A stretch of 64,000 nucleotides of DNA from an uncultured delta proteobacterium. Lineage in GTDB: Bacteria > Myxococcota > UBA727 > VGSZ01. The DNA is taken from contig CAVZJB010000007.1 in NCBI GenBank assembly GCA_963775425.1, positions 64,001-128,000 on the forward strand, read 5' to 3'. The notes under the pieces were generated by a model. It made no database searches, was not told the origin of the DNA, and worked only from the letters and a program-made list of their open reading frames with translations. Below, piece after piece: positions 28,897 to 38,245 of the stretch; within the stretch, counting starts at the first letter, position 1, and each line of letters opens with the position of its first letter. Position numbers and translations under genes: made by a program.

Positions 28897-30006
28897 TCAG
28901 ACGCCGAGGGCCTTCACGCGATCGGCGACCTTGCGGGTCAGCTCGGCGGGGAGCGTGTCGACGGCCTGCAGGAGGGCGTCGTCGAGGAGGGCCTGCAGCG
29001 CCTTGATCATGGCGCCGCAGCCGCCCGTGATGAATTGCGCGTGCTGCAGCGTGCTCTCCTCGTCGAGCGGCTCCTTCAACGACAGCGCCGACAGCGCCTC
29101 CTCGAAGGACGGCGGCGGCGCGTCGAGGTACTCGCGCACCTGGTCGCCGACGCCGAAGCCGCCCTCGTCCAGGGCGGCCATGACGAGGTTCACGGCGGTG
29201 CACAGGCGCTTGACCATGAGCTCCTCTTCGCCGCGGGAGGCGCGGGTGGAGAGGAAGCCGCGCTCGACCAGCGTGAGCAGGGCGCGCGCGCCGTCGATGC
29301 GGCCGAGGTTGGCCTTGTGGACGAGCTCCCGGCCGGTGAGCTGCTTGTTGCGCGCGCTGGCGACGAGCTGGAGCACGGCGAGGGCTTGCTCGTCGAGCCC
29401 CTGCCCCGACGGTGCCGGCGTGACGACCTCGTAGGGGCGGTCGAGCGAGCCGAGCTTGCGCATGAGATCGCGGTGCTCGCGCACGCGCACGATGGCCCCG
29501 TCGACGAGCTGGCGGGTGGCCACGCCGAAGTGCAGCGGGTTTTTGTGGAACTGGTCCGCGCGGAACACGGCGTGGCCGGTCTCCTCCACGCAGGCGCCCT
29601 CGAACACCTGGATGGCCTGGTCGACGAGGGCGCGGCGCAAAGAGGCCGGCTCGATGAAGCCGAGCTCGATGAGCGCGCGGCCGAGCATCTTGCCCTCCTT
29701 CACCTGCTCCGACGCGATCAGCACCTGGTCGGCGCTGAGGCGACCCGAGCGCCAAAGGACCTCGCCGAGGCGGTCCGGCGTGTGCGTGGACATGGAGCCG
29801 GTGTACTCGCCGGTCTCGAAGAACAGCGTGCGCGTCCCGCCGCCGTCGACGACGTCGAGGCGGCCGGTGCGTTTGGCCGCGATGAGCATGCCGACAATCT
29901 CGGCGACGCTGGCGACCTCGAGGTCGCAGACGAGCCACGGAGGGCTGTCCTCGGCCGCCTGCACACGCAGGCCGGGGGCCTCGGCCACGGTCGGCATGTC
30001 GGTCAC
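28897..30006 (-). CDS. DUF4388 domain protein
   Basis: KRTGRL.V...RTLFF..G...S...DRLGEVL.R.G; GGAGG SD before the GTG. Confidence 0.8.
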   Translation of the reverse strand: MTDMPTVAEAPGLRVQAAEDSPPWLVCDLEVASVAEIVGMLIAAKRTGRLDVVDGGGTRTLFFETGEYTGSMSTHTPDRLGEVLWRSGRLSADQVLIASEQVKEGKMLGRALIELGFIEPASLRRALVDQAIQVFEGACVEETGHAVFRADQFHKNPLHFGVATRQLVDGAIVRVREHRDLMRKLGSLDRPYEVVTPAPSGQGLDEQALAVLQLVASARNKQLTGRELVHKANLGRIDGARALLTLVERGFLSTRASRGEEELMVKRLCTAVNLVMAALDEGGFGVGDQVREYLDAPPPSFEEALSALSLKEPLDEESTLQHAQFITGGCGAMIKALQALLDDALLQAVDTLPAELTRKVADRVKALGV

Positions 30007-30059
30007 GACGCTCCCTCCAAGGGCACGCCCATCATACAAGAGTGTGGTAGGGAGGGCGC

Positions 30060-31232
30060 ATGGCCACGCGGAAGAAAGCAAACGAGACACAGAAGCCCGC
30101 GAAAGCGGTTCACCGCAAACCGACGGACGACGCCAAGGACAAGGCGACCATCGACGCCATCACGGCGACGGCGGAGGGCATCCGAGAGTCCATCAACCGC
30201 AAGCGCAAGCCCGAGCTCAAGATGCCGGTGCGCGCGCTGTCCAACGTCAAGTACGACCCCAAGAAGGGCTTCTTCGAGATCGGCAAGGACAGGAAGGTCC
30301 GCACCCTCACGGTGTCCACCGTGAAGACCTTCGCCCAGACGCTGAAGCTGATGGCGCTGTCGCAGGAGCTCGTGAAGAGCAACGATCACGCCACGAAGCG
30401 TGACGCGTACTACCAGTCCAAGAACTGGGGCGACGCCCGCTTCGACGAGCAGAGCGAGAGCGACACGGTGATGGACGACATCGAGGCCCTGTTCTCGACG
30501 TCCGGGGTGTCGCGCGAGCAGCTCCGCTTCATCCCCGACCAGCACGGCGGCGCCGTCGCCGGGGAGCTCATCATCGTCGACAGGAACCCCGACGGCACCG
30601 CGGTCGAGATCGACTGCACGCGACAGGGCTCCGGGGCGTGGAGCGTCCCGTCGTCGGTGGAGCACCTGCGCTTCCGTTCGAAGGCGAAGTTCGTCCTCGC
30701 CATCGAGACCACCGGTATGTTCAGCCGGCTCAACGAGCACCAATACTGGGCCACCGGCAACTGCATCCTCGTCGCCATGGGCGGCGTGCCCACGCGGGCC
30801 TGCCGCCGGTTCGTGCGCATGCTCGGCGACCAGCTCAACATCCCCGTCTACGCGTTCACCGACTGCGACCCCTACGGCTTCGCCAACATCTACCGCACCC
30901 TCAAGGTCGGCTCGGGCAACGCTGCGCACATCAACCAGTTCTTCTGTGTCCCGGGCGTGCACTACCTGGGGTTGACGCCGCAGGACATCATCGACTTCGA
31001 CCTCGACAAGGCCACGCACCCGCTCGCCGAGATCGACGTGAAGCGCGCGTTCGACGCGCTCAAGAACGATCCGTTCTTCCAAAACAGCAAGGCGTGGCGG
31101 GGCGCGCTCGACCTCTTGATGAAGATGCAGAAGCGCGCGGAGCAACAGGCGCTGTCGTTGCACGGCCTCAACTTCGTCATCGACGAGTACCTGCCAGCCA
31201 AGCTGAAGGACCCGTCGAAGTTCCTGCCGTGA
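30060..31232 (+). CDS. top6A: DNA topoisomerase VI subunit A (Spo11-like)
   Basis: TKRDAYY winged-helix catalytic Tyr motif, F.EQ.ESD, TOPRIM LAIETTGMF and FTDCDPYG, KRAEQQAL, YLPAKL. Confidence 0.93.
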   Translation: MATRKKANETQKPAKAVHRKPTDDAKDKATIDAITATAEGIRESINRKRKPELKMPVRALSNVKYDPKKGFFEIGKDRKVRTLTVSTVKTFAQTLKLMALSQELVKSNDHATKRDAYYQSKNWGDARFDEQSESDTVMDDIEALFSTSGVSREQLRFIPDQHGGAVAGELIIVDRNPDGTAVEIDCTRQGSGAWSVPSSVEHLRFRSKAKFVLAIETTGMFSRLNEHQYWATGNCILVAMGGVPTRACRRFVRMLGDQLNIPVYAFTDCDPYGFANIYRTLKVGSGNAAHINQFFCVPGVHYLGLTPQDIIDFDLDKATHPLAEIDVKRAFDALKNDPFFQNSKAWRGALDLLMKMQKRAEQQALSLHGLNFVIDEYLPAKLKDPSKFLP

Positions 31233-32650
31233 CATCGCCACGCGGCCGCGCCCTCCGGTCGCAGCTCCGCGCGCGCGTCGCCGCGACCACGTTCGTCGTC
31301 GCGCTGCTCACGTCGGGCACGCTGACCGCGCTGTTCGCGTTCGACGCGTACCAGGCCCGGATCGCCCGGCTGCGCGCCGAGGGGAGGCGCGTGGCCTTCT
31401 CGGCGGTCACGCTCTACGACGTGCTGCGCCTGACGGGCTCCGAAGCCGACAAGGCCACGCTGCAGGCGTTCCTCAGCGCGGCGGTGCGCGGGACGTCGAG
31501 CGAAGAGGAGCTCGCGTACGCCGTCGTCCTCGACGACAAGGGCGCCGTGGTCGCGCAGGCCACGTCGTCGCGCAACCCGAGCCCGCAGGGGGCGGCGCCG
31601 GCGCCGGGCGCGCCCTGCCCGGACGGAACGCTCTGCATCAACGCCGGCGTCGTCGGGCGCGACACCGCGGGCAAGTCGCCGGACGCGGCCGCGGGCCGGG
31701 TGCTCGTCGGGCTGTCGACGGCGCCGGCCATGGCGGCGCTCAAGCGCACCACCGCCGTCGCCGGCGGCCTGTCTGCCCTGGTGGCGCTCTTGTTCTCCGG
31801 CGCGCTCTTGTCGGTGGTGAGCCGCCGCGTGGTCCGGCCCATCGCGCGCGTGGTCGAGGGCATGCAGGCCGTGCGCGCGGGCAAGCTCGAGGGTGTCGCG
31901 CCGGTGGTCGGCGCCGACGAAGGCGCCGAGCTGGTCGACGGGTTCAACGAGATGGTCGTGGCGCTCGCGAGCAAGCAGGCCACGCTCGAGCGCCACGTCG
32001 GCAAGCGCATGACGTCCGACATCTCCGCGGGCGACGCCGGCCGGCGCCTGCGCGTCACCGCGCTGCACTTCGACATCGAGGGCTTCGGCGCGCGCGTGAG
32101 CCGCGACCCGCCCGAGACCGTGGTGCAGTTGCTACACGAGGTCATGGGCGCCTGCGTCGCCATCGTCGAGGAGCATGACGGCCACGTGTCGCGCTTGATG
32201 GGCGACACCTTGCTCGCCGTGTGGGGGCTGCCGAAGCCGGCCGAGGACGACGCGCTGCGCGCGGTGCGCGCGGCGTTCGCCATGATGGAGCGTTGCCGCG
32301 CCGTCTCCGATGAGCGGCGCACGCGCGACGAGGAGGCGTTCACCGTCGGCATCGGCATGGCCACCGGCGACGCCGTCGTCGCCACCATCGGCAGCGCCGC
32401 GCGGGCGGAGAGCGTCGTGGTCGGCGAGCCGGTGGCGCTGGCGCAGCGGGCGCAGGAGGAGGCCAAGGCCACCGGCTTCGGGCTGCTCGTCTCGGCCGAG
32501 ACCTACGGCGCCGTGCGCACCGCGTTCGAGGGCGCAGCCACGCCGCCGATGCTCTTGCGCGGCTTCGGCGTGCCGCTGTCGTTGTTCCGCGTGCGCCCGC
32601 GCGCCCCGAGCGGACCGCCGGGGCCGCTGTCGCCGCCGGCGGTCACGTGA
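31229..32650 (+). CDS. Membrane HAMP + class III adenylate/guanylate cyclase-like protein (degenerate active site)
   Basis: Two TM helices, HAMP (DEGAELVDGFNEM), FDIEGF, MGD, GIGMATG, GEPVALAQR; GTGA overlap with top6A. Confidence 0.85.
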   Translation: MTSPRGRALRSQLRARVAATTFVVALLTSGTLTALFAFDAYQARIARLRAEGRRVAFSAVTLYDVLRLTGSEADKATLQAFLSAAVRGTSSEEELAYAVVLDDKGAVVAQATSSRNPSPQGAAPAPGAPCPDGTLCINAGVVGRDTAGKSPDAAAGRVLVGLSTAPAMAALKRTTAVAGGLSALVALLFSGALLSVVSRRVVRPIARVVEGMQAVRAGKLEGVAPVVGADEGAELVDGFNEMVVALASKQATLERHVGKRMTSDISAGDAGRRLRVTALHFDIEGFGARVSRDPPETVVQLLHEVMGACVAIVEEHDGHVSRLMGDTLLAVWGLPKPAEDDALRAVRAAFAMMERCRAVSDERRTRDEEAFTVGIGMATGDAVVATIGSAARAESVVVGEPVALAQRAQEEAKATGFGLLVSAETYGAVRTAFEGAATPPMLLRGFGVPLSLFRVRPRAPSGPPGPLSPPAVT

Positions 32651-33324
32651 CGACGTCGTTCGTGCGCGAGACCCGCTTCGGGATCCTCGCCGCCGTGCCC
32701 GTCGAGCGCGCGCCCAGGGACGCGCTGTTGTCGGCGCTTCATCCGGACGAGGCGGCGTTGGCGTCGACGTGGGGCGAGCCTCGCGTGCGCACCTTCGCCG
32801 CCGGACGGCGCGCGCTGCGGGAGGCGCTGGGGGCCCTGGCGTCGCCCGCCGCCGCGCGCGTGCTCGCGGGAGACACGGCGATCCTGCGCGACGACCGCGG
32901 CGCGCCAATCCTGCCGGCCGGCGTGCGCGCCTCCGTCAGCCACAAGGACGACATCGCCGTCGCCCTTGCGTGCAGCGGTGACGGTTTCTTCCTCGGCGTC
33001 GACGTCGAGACGTTGCCGGGCCCGAGGGAGGACGTCGCGCGACACGTGCTCACACCCGCCGAGCGCGCGGAGCTCGCCCCCCTCACCGCAGAGGAGCGCA
33101 GGCGCGCGTTGGTGCTGCGCTTTTCGCTCAAGGAGGCCCTCTACAAGGCGCTCAATCCGTACGTCCGGCGCTACGTCGGCTTCCTCGAGGTGGAGGTGCG
33201 TCCCTCCGTCGACGACGCCGTCTTCACGCTCGCCCTCAAAGACGGCGAGGGCCCGTTTTCCACCGAGGCCATCCACCTCGCGGTGGAGGGGGCGTTCATC
33301 ACGGCCGTTCGCGTCTCGCAGTAA
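32647..33324 (+). CDS. 4'-phosphopantetheinyl transferase (EntD/Sfp-like)
   Basis: F.AGR.ALR.AL, SVSHK, LGVDVE, FSLKEALYKA. Confidence 0.9.
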   Translation: MTTSFVRETRFGILAAVPVERAPRDALLSALHPDEAALASTWGEPRVRTFAAGRRALREALGALASPAAARVLAGDTAILRDDRGAPILPAGVRASVSHKDDIAVALACSGDGFFLGVDVETLPGPREDVARHVLTPAERAELAPLTAEERRRALVLRFSLKEALYKALNPYVRRYVGFLEVEVRPSVDDAVFTLALKDGEGPFSTEAIHLAVEGAFITAVRVSQ

Positions 33325-33333
33325 GCTCGAGGC

Positions 33334-34608
33334 GTGCCCAAGGAGCCGGGCGACCGCATCGGACGTTACGTGATCGACCGCCGCATCGGCGCGGGCGGGA
33401 TGGCCGAGGCTTATCGTGCGCACCAGGAGGGACCCGCCGGCTTCATGAAGCCCGTGGTCATCAAGGTCCTTCACCCCTGGCGCGCCACCGACGAAAAGAG
33501 CGTCGCGCAGTTCATGCGCGAGGCGCGCGTCGGCGCTCGGCTCAACCACACCAACGTCGTGCAGATCTTTGACGTGGGCGAAGAAGACGGTGAGCCGTTC
33601 ATCGCGATGGAATTCGTCGACGGGCTCACGCTCTTGCAGGCCACCAAGCGCTGTTGGGCCCTCGGCGACGGCATCGACGTCGACGTCGCCGTGCGCATCA
33701 TCGCCGCGGCCGCGTTGGGCCTCCACCACGCGCACTCGCTGAAGGACGAAGGCGGAACAGCCGTGGGGCTCGTGCACCGCGACATGAGCCCGGACAACAT
33801 CATGATCGCGCGCGACGGCACGGTGAAGCTGCTCGACTTCGGCGTCGCCAAGGTGTCCGGCGCCGACGCCACCCGCGGCGCCGACGTGAAGGGCAAGGTG
33901 CCGTATATGTCGCCCGAGCAGGTGAGCGCCGCCGACGTGGACCAGCGCGCCGACCTCTGGGGCCTCGGCGTCACGCTCTACTGGTGCCTCGCCGGCCGCC
34001 GCCCGTTCGCGGGCGTCAACGAGCTCGGTGTCATGCGCGCGATCATGGAAGACGCGCCGCCGCCGCTGCGCGCGCAGAACCCCGCGGTGTCGCCGGCGCT
34101 CGACGACGTCGTCATGGCGTGCCTCGAGCGCGACCGCGAAAAGCGCATCGGCTCCGCCGCCGAGCTCGCGGAGCGCTTGAGTGACCTGGTGCTGCCTACG
34201 CGCACGAACCCTGTGGCGCCGTTCATCGCCAGGCTGCTGACGTTCGACGACGACCCGCCCGAGCGGAAGCGCGCCACCGGCGGCTACCCGGCCGTGAAGC
34301 TGGAGCCCGACCAGACCGTGGTCCGGACGGCGCCGTCGCTGCCGCCGGCCGAGAGCGAAGCGCCCACCACGGGCTCCGGCGTGTTCGTCGCCCGCACGGT
34401 CGAGGACGGTCCCCTCGACGCCCCGAGCAGCGTCGTCGTCGCGCTGCCGGGCGTCGACCCCGACATCACCGAAGCCGACGTCTCCGCCACGATGCTCGCC
34501 ACGGTGCCCGCGCTGCGCCGGCGCCGCGCCGCCACCGCCGCCGCCGCCCTCGGCGCCGCGCTGATCGTCGTCGTCGTCGTCGTCGCGCTCGCGCTCGCCC
34601 TGCGCTGA
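33334..34608 (+). CDS. Hanks-type Ser/Thr protein kinase with C-terminal TM helix
   Basis: IGAGGMA, VVIK, HRDMSPDN, DFG, YMSPEQ. Confidence 0.95.
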   Translation: MPKEPGDRIGRYVIDRRIGAGGMAEAYRAHQEGPAGFMKPVVIKVLHPWRATDEKSVAQFMREARVGARLNHTNVVQIFDVGEEDGEPFIAMEFVDGLTLLQATKRCWALGDGIDVDVAVRIIAAAALGLHHAHSLKDEGGTAVGLVHRDMSPDNIMIARDGTVKLLDFGVAKVSGADATRGADVKGKVPYMSPEQVSAADVDQRADLWGLGVTLYWCLAGRRPFAGVNELGVMRAIMEDAPPPLRAQNPAVSPALDDVVMACLERDREKRIGSAAELAERLSDLVLPTRTNPVAPFIARLLTFDDDPPERKRATGGYPAVKLEPDQTVVRTAPSLPPAESEAPTTGSGVFVARTVEDGPLDAPSSVVVALPGVDPDITEADVSATMLATVPALRRRRAATAAAALGAALIVVVVVVALALALR

Positions 34609-34609
34609 C

Positions 34610-34627
34610 GCGGGGGACGAGCCCCGC
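34610..34627. terminator. Short GC hairpin between convergent operons
   Basis: GCGGGG-gacgag-CCCCGC between the stops at 34608 (+) and 34629 (-); no U-tract. Confidence 0.3.
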
Positions 34628-34628
34628 C

Positions 34629-35657
34629 CTACGGGGAAACGGCGATCACAATCTTGCCCGCGTGCGCGCCCGCGGCGAGGTGCTCGAAGGCCGCCCGCGC
34701 GTCGTCGAAGGCGAAGACGCGGTCGATGATCGGGCGCACGCCTCCTTCCGAGAGCGCGCGGGCGCAGGCGACGAAGCCGTCGCGGTTGCCGACGAAGACG
34801 CCCTGCAGCCGGATGTTCTGCATGAGCACCGGGACCACGCTCACGTTGTCGGCGGCGCCGGCGAGCACGCCGATGACGAGGACGGTGCCGCCGACGGCGG
34901 TGGACTTGATGGAGCGCGAGAGCGTGCCGGCGCCGCCCACCTCGACGACGACGTCGGCGCCGTCGGGCCAGCGCGCGCGCACCTGCTTTTCCCAGTCGCC
35001 GTGCGCGCGGCGGTCGATGACGTCGTCGGCGAGGCCGCCGAGGGCCGCGCCGTCGGCGAAGCGCTCGGGCTTGGCCGTGACCACCGCCGTGCGCGCGCCG
35101 GCGCGCTTGGCGAGCTGCAGCGCGAACGTCGACACGCCGCCGCTGCCGAGCGCGAGCACGCGCTGCCCCGGCTGAACGCGCGCGTGCTCGACGAGGCCGC
35201 TCCACGCGGTGAGCGCCGCGCACGGCAGCGTGCTCGCCTCCTCGAAGCTCCAGCCCTCGGGGATGGGGGCGAGGCCGCTCTCCGGGAGGACGACGTGCGT
35301 CGCGAGCGTGCCCGGGAGCGGGCCGCCGAGCGTGTGCTTGATGCGCGCGCGCGACGGCGGCCCGCCGAGCCAGCCCTGCGCGAACATCGTGGCCACGCGC
35401 GCGCCGACGGCGCTGACGGCGGGGTCGCTGCAGCCGGCGCCGGCGGCGACGACCTCGCCGGCGCCGTCGGAGCACGGCACGAGCGGCAAGGGCTGCTTCG
35501 GGTTGTATTGCCCGCGCACCATCATCAGGTCGCGGTAGTTCAAGCTCACCGCGCGCACACGCACGAGCACGTGGCCCGGCGGCGGCGTGAGCTCGTCGAC
35601 GTCGACGCGCGCGAGGTTGTCGAGGCCGAACGCTCCTTGCACCTGCCACGCCTTCAT
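34629..35657 (-). CDS. NAD(P)-dependent MDR-family oxidoreductase (zinc-type alcohol dehydrogenase-like)
   Basis: AVSLNYRD, PCSDGAGEV, LPCAALTAW, LGSGGVS, GKIVI. Confidence 0.92.
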   Translation of the reverse strand: MKAWQVQGAFGLDNLARVDVDELTPPPGHVLVRVRAVSLNYRDLMMVRGQYNPKQPLPLVPCSDGAGEVVAAGAGCSDPAVSAVGARVATMFAQGWLGGPPSRARIKHTLGGPLPGTLATHVVLPESGLAPIPEGWSFEEASTLPCAALTAWSGLVEHARVQPGQRVLALGSGGVSTFALQLAKRAGARTAVVTAKPERFADGAALGGLADDVIDRRAHGDWEKQVRARWPDGADVVVEVGGAGTLSRSIKSTAVGGTVLVIGVLAGAADNVSVVPVLMQNIRLQGVFVGNRDGFVACARALSEGGVRPIIDRVFAFDDARAAFEHLAAGAHAGKIVIAVSP

Positions 35658-36181
35658 CACGCTCCGCTGTCTACGTCCCCGGCATCCCCGGCGTCCACGT
35701 CGGCGACGCCGGCGTCGACGGGAGCGCGCGCTTTGTTCCGCAGGCGCTCGCCCTTCTTCAGGTTGCGCCAGAAGACCATCGTGGTCTCGTCGACGCCGCC
35801 GCGGGCCTCGACCGCGCGCAGCACGCTGACGCCGTCGGCGCAGTACGCCTTGGCGCGCTCGCGGGCGGCGCGCTCGTGCACCTTCAACGGGACACGCGGC
35901 TCGGTGGCGGTGGTGGTGACGTCGGCGAGGCGCACCACGCCTCCCGGCACCGGGCCCTCCACCACCTCGGCCTTCACGCGCGCCTCGCACACGCCGCTCG
36001 GTGCGCGATCGGTGTGAACGAGGACGCGCGGCTTCACGACCCGCTCCGGAGCCGTGACACACGCGCTCGCGATGACCAGGGCCGCGAGCGGCGCCGCGCC
36101 GAGGGTGCGTGCCGCGCCGTGGCGACCGCCGCGCGATGCGCGGCCCTGGCAGGGTGCGCGCCCCGCGACGGCCGGGGTCAT
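35657..36181 (-). CDS. Hypothetical lipoprotein
   Basis: LVIASA-C lipobox; TGATG overlaps with top6B upstream and the MDR gene downstream. Confidence 0.6.
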   Translation of the reverse strand: MTPAVAGRAPCQGRASRGGRHGAARTLGAAPLAALVIASACVTAPERVVKPRVLVHTDRAPSGVCEARVKAEVVEGPVPGGVVRLADVTTTATEPRVPLKVHERAARERAKAYCADGVSVLRAVEARGGVDETTMVFWRNLKKGERLRNKARAPVDAGVADVDAGDAGDVDSGA

Positions 36182-38208
36182 CAGGCGCTCTTCTTGTGCT
36201 GCTGCGGCGCCGGCGGCGGCTTCGACTTCTTCCTCGCCGGCTTCCTTTTGTCCTCGGTGCGCGACTTCTCGAGGACGAGCTTCAGGTTCTCCACGGCCTC
36301 CACGGTCTGCTGCTTGTCGAGGCCGAGGATGTCGCGGAGCGCCTCGCCGATGGGGTCGAGGTAGCGGGTGATGTAGTCGCGCTTCTTCTGCTCTTCGGCC
36401 AGGTTCTTGCGGCGGCGCAGGAAGCGTTGCAGGCGGCGGCCCGCCTCCATCACCGCGAGGCGCATCTCCTTGAGCACCTCCGGGTAGTGCGCGATGGCCT
36501 CCTTGGACTCGCTCGTGTACGGCACCCACGCCGACGCGATGTGGATGAGGATGACCATCGGGCCCGTCGGCAGCGCGCCCTTCGCCTGCTGCACCTCGTA
36601 CGAGCGCCACGGCGCGCTCACCACCGCCTTGAACATCGCGCACCCGCTCGCCTGGTAGAGCAGCGGGACGCGGTTGGCGAAGCGGAACACCTTGGCGAGC
36701 TCGTCGCCGGGCAGCGTCTTGGAGTAGAGGATGCCGCACTCGACCTGGAACGGGTTGCCTCGATAGATGGCGGGCGGCCGCGTGACCGCGGTGACGAACA
36801 TGCTCTCGCCGAGGGCGATGACCTTGCCGCCGTCCTCGTCGTTTTGGATGCGCGCCTTGGCCGGCGCCGCCTGGCCATCGCCCGCCTCGCCGTCGCCCGC
36901 CTCGCCGTCGGCGGACGCGCCGTCGCCCGCCTGGCCGTCGGCGGACGCACCGTTCGCCGGCGCCGGCAGCGACGACGGCACCGCGCGCGCGAACGGGAGC
37001 TGGGGCAACGCTTCGCCCTTCTTGCGCTTGCCCGCCGCCTTGGCCGCGGTGGGCGGCGCAGGCGCAGGCGCGGGCTCCTCCTCGTCGGGGGCGACGGCGA
37101 CGGCCGGCTTTTGCTTGCCGAGGGTGAGGACCTCCTCGTCCTCCTCCTTGAGGTTGCCGATGTCGCCGTAGAGCGCGTAGAGCCCCTTGATCAACGCCTC
37201 CTCGCCGATGGGCGACAGGCAGTTGGTGGGCGGAGCCATCAGCTTCTGTTCCTGGATGGCGTTGAAGATCGACTCGCCCTCGGCGCGCGAGAGCTTGCCG
37301 CACTCGGCGTTCGGCGAGATCTTCGCGCGAGCGAGGATCTCGCCGGCGACGGCGGGCGTGACGCGCGAGAAGCTCGTGGTGAGGAACGCCTGCACCTTCT
37401 GCTTGCCGGCGTCGGCGAGCATGCGCTGGAGCGTGCCGAGCTCCACGCCGTGCGGGTGCGGGTTGATCTCCACCGGCTCCTTGGGCAGCTCGTCGATGAC
37501 GCGCACGAGGTCGAGCGTGTCCGTGCTCAGCGGGGGAGCGCCGCGCTCGAGCTGCGTCTTGCTCGCGAGCTTGTGCGTGCGGAAGAGGATGCGCGCGTGC
37601 GGGTTGGCCAGCGACGTCTGCTTCAGGTACGCCTCGATGCCGTGGCGGCCACCCTTCATCTGCGCCGCCATCAGAAGCTCGATGGAGGTGCCCGACGGCT
37701 TCTCCCGCCACCAGTCGCTCTCGGAGATCGCCTCGGACTCGACCTTGGGCTGGTTCTTCGCGGTGTCGATGAAGAGGTGGATGTGGTGCGGCTTGCCGCC
37801 CCGCATCTTGCTGATGATGTTGGCGGGCTCACCGGTGGTCATCTGGGCGTACATGACGGCGGCGGAGATGCCGATGCCCTGCTGACCGCGCGACTGCTTG
37901 AGACGGTGGAACTTGGAGCCGTACAAGAGCTTGGCGAAGATCTTCCCCATCTCGCTCTTGGGGATGCCCGGCCCGTTGTCCTCGATGCGCACCTTGTAGC
38001 GGCCCTCGCCGACCTCGGTGAGCTCGACGACGATCTCGGGCAGGATGCGCGCCTCCTCACACGCGTCGAGCGCGTTGTCCACCGCCTCGCGCACCGCCGT
38101 GAGGAGCGCCTTCTGCGGCGAATCGAAGCCGAGGAGGTGGCGGTTCTTCGAGAAGAACTCGCTCACCGCGATTTCGCGTTGGCGCGGCTGCTTTTCGGCG
38201 CTGGTCAT
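36181..38208 (-). CDS. top6B: DNA topoisomerase VI subunit B
   Basis: SEFF.KNRHLLGFDS, GHKL EAVDNALDACEEA, DNGPGI, LLYGSKFH, QSRGQQGIGIS, PHPHGVELG, RFANRVPLLY, VPYTSESKEAIA. Confidence 0.95.
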   Translation of the reverse strand: MTSAEKQPRQREIAVSEFFSKNRHLLGFDSPQKALLTAVREAVDNALDACEEARILPEIVVELTEVGEGRYKVRIEDNGPGIPKSEMGKIFAKLLYGSKFHRLKQSRGQQGIGISAAVMYAQMTTGEPANIISKMRGGKPHHIHLFIDTAKNQPKVESEAISESDWWREKPSGTSIELLMAAQMKGGRHGIEAYLKQTSLANPHARILFRTHKLASKTQLERGAPPLSTDTLDLVRVIDELPKEPVEINPHPHGVELGTLQRMLADAGKQKVQAFLTTSFSRVTPAVAGEILARAKISPNAECGKLSRAEGESIFNAIQEQKLMAPPTNCLSPIGEEALIKGLYALYGDIGNLKEEDEEVLTLGKQKPAVAVAPDEEEPAPAPAPPTAAKAAGKRKKGEALPQLPFARAVPSSLPAPANGASADGQAGDGASADGEAGDGEAGDGQAAPAKARIQNDEDGGKVIALGESMFVTAVTRPPAIYRGNPFQVECGILYSKTLPGDELAKVFRFANRVPLLYQASGCAMFKAVVSAPWRSYEVQQAKGALPTGPMVILIHIASAWVPYTSESKEAIAHYPEVLKEMRLAVMEAGRRLQRFLRRRKNLAEEQKKRDYITRYLDPIGEALRDILGLDKQQTVEAVENLKLVLEKSRTEDKRKPARKKSKPPPAPQQHKKSA

Positions 38209-38215
38209 GCGCGTC

Positions 38216-38245
38216 GACATAGCGACACCGGTGATCGTCTGTCAA
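38216..38245 (-). promoter_or_regulatory. sigma70-type promoter of top6B
   Basis: TTGACA (38245-38240, includes the upstream stop codon), 18 nt, TATGTC (38221-38216), then 7 nt to ATG 38208. Confidence 0.55.

Noticed and set aside
30060-31232. Top6A as a Wadjet JetD or topo VIII component
   Set aside because: A canonical Top6B is nearby and no jetABC/SMC genes are present.
36800-37170. Top6B insertion as an intein
   Set aside because: No N-terminal Cys/Ser block, no His-Asn end and no endonuclease motif; the sequence is low-complexity.
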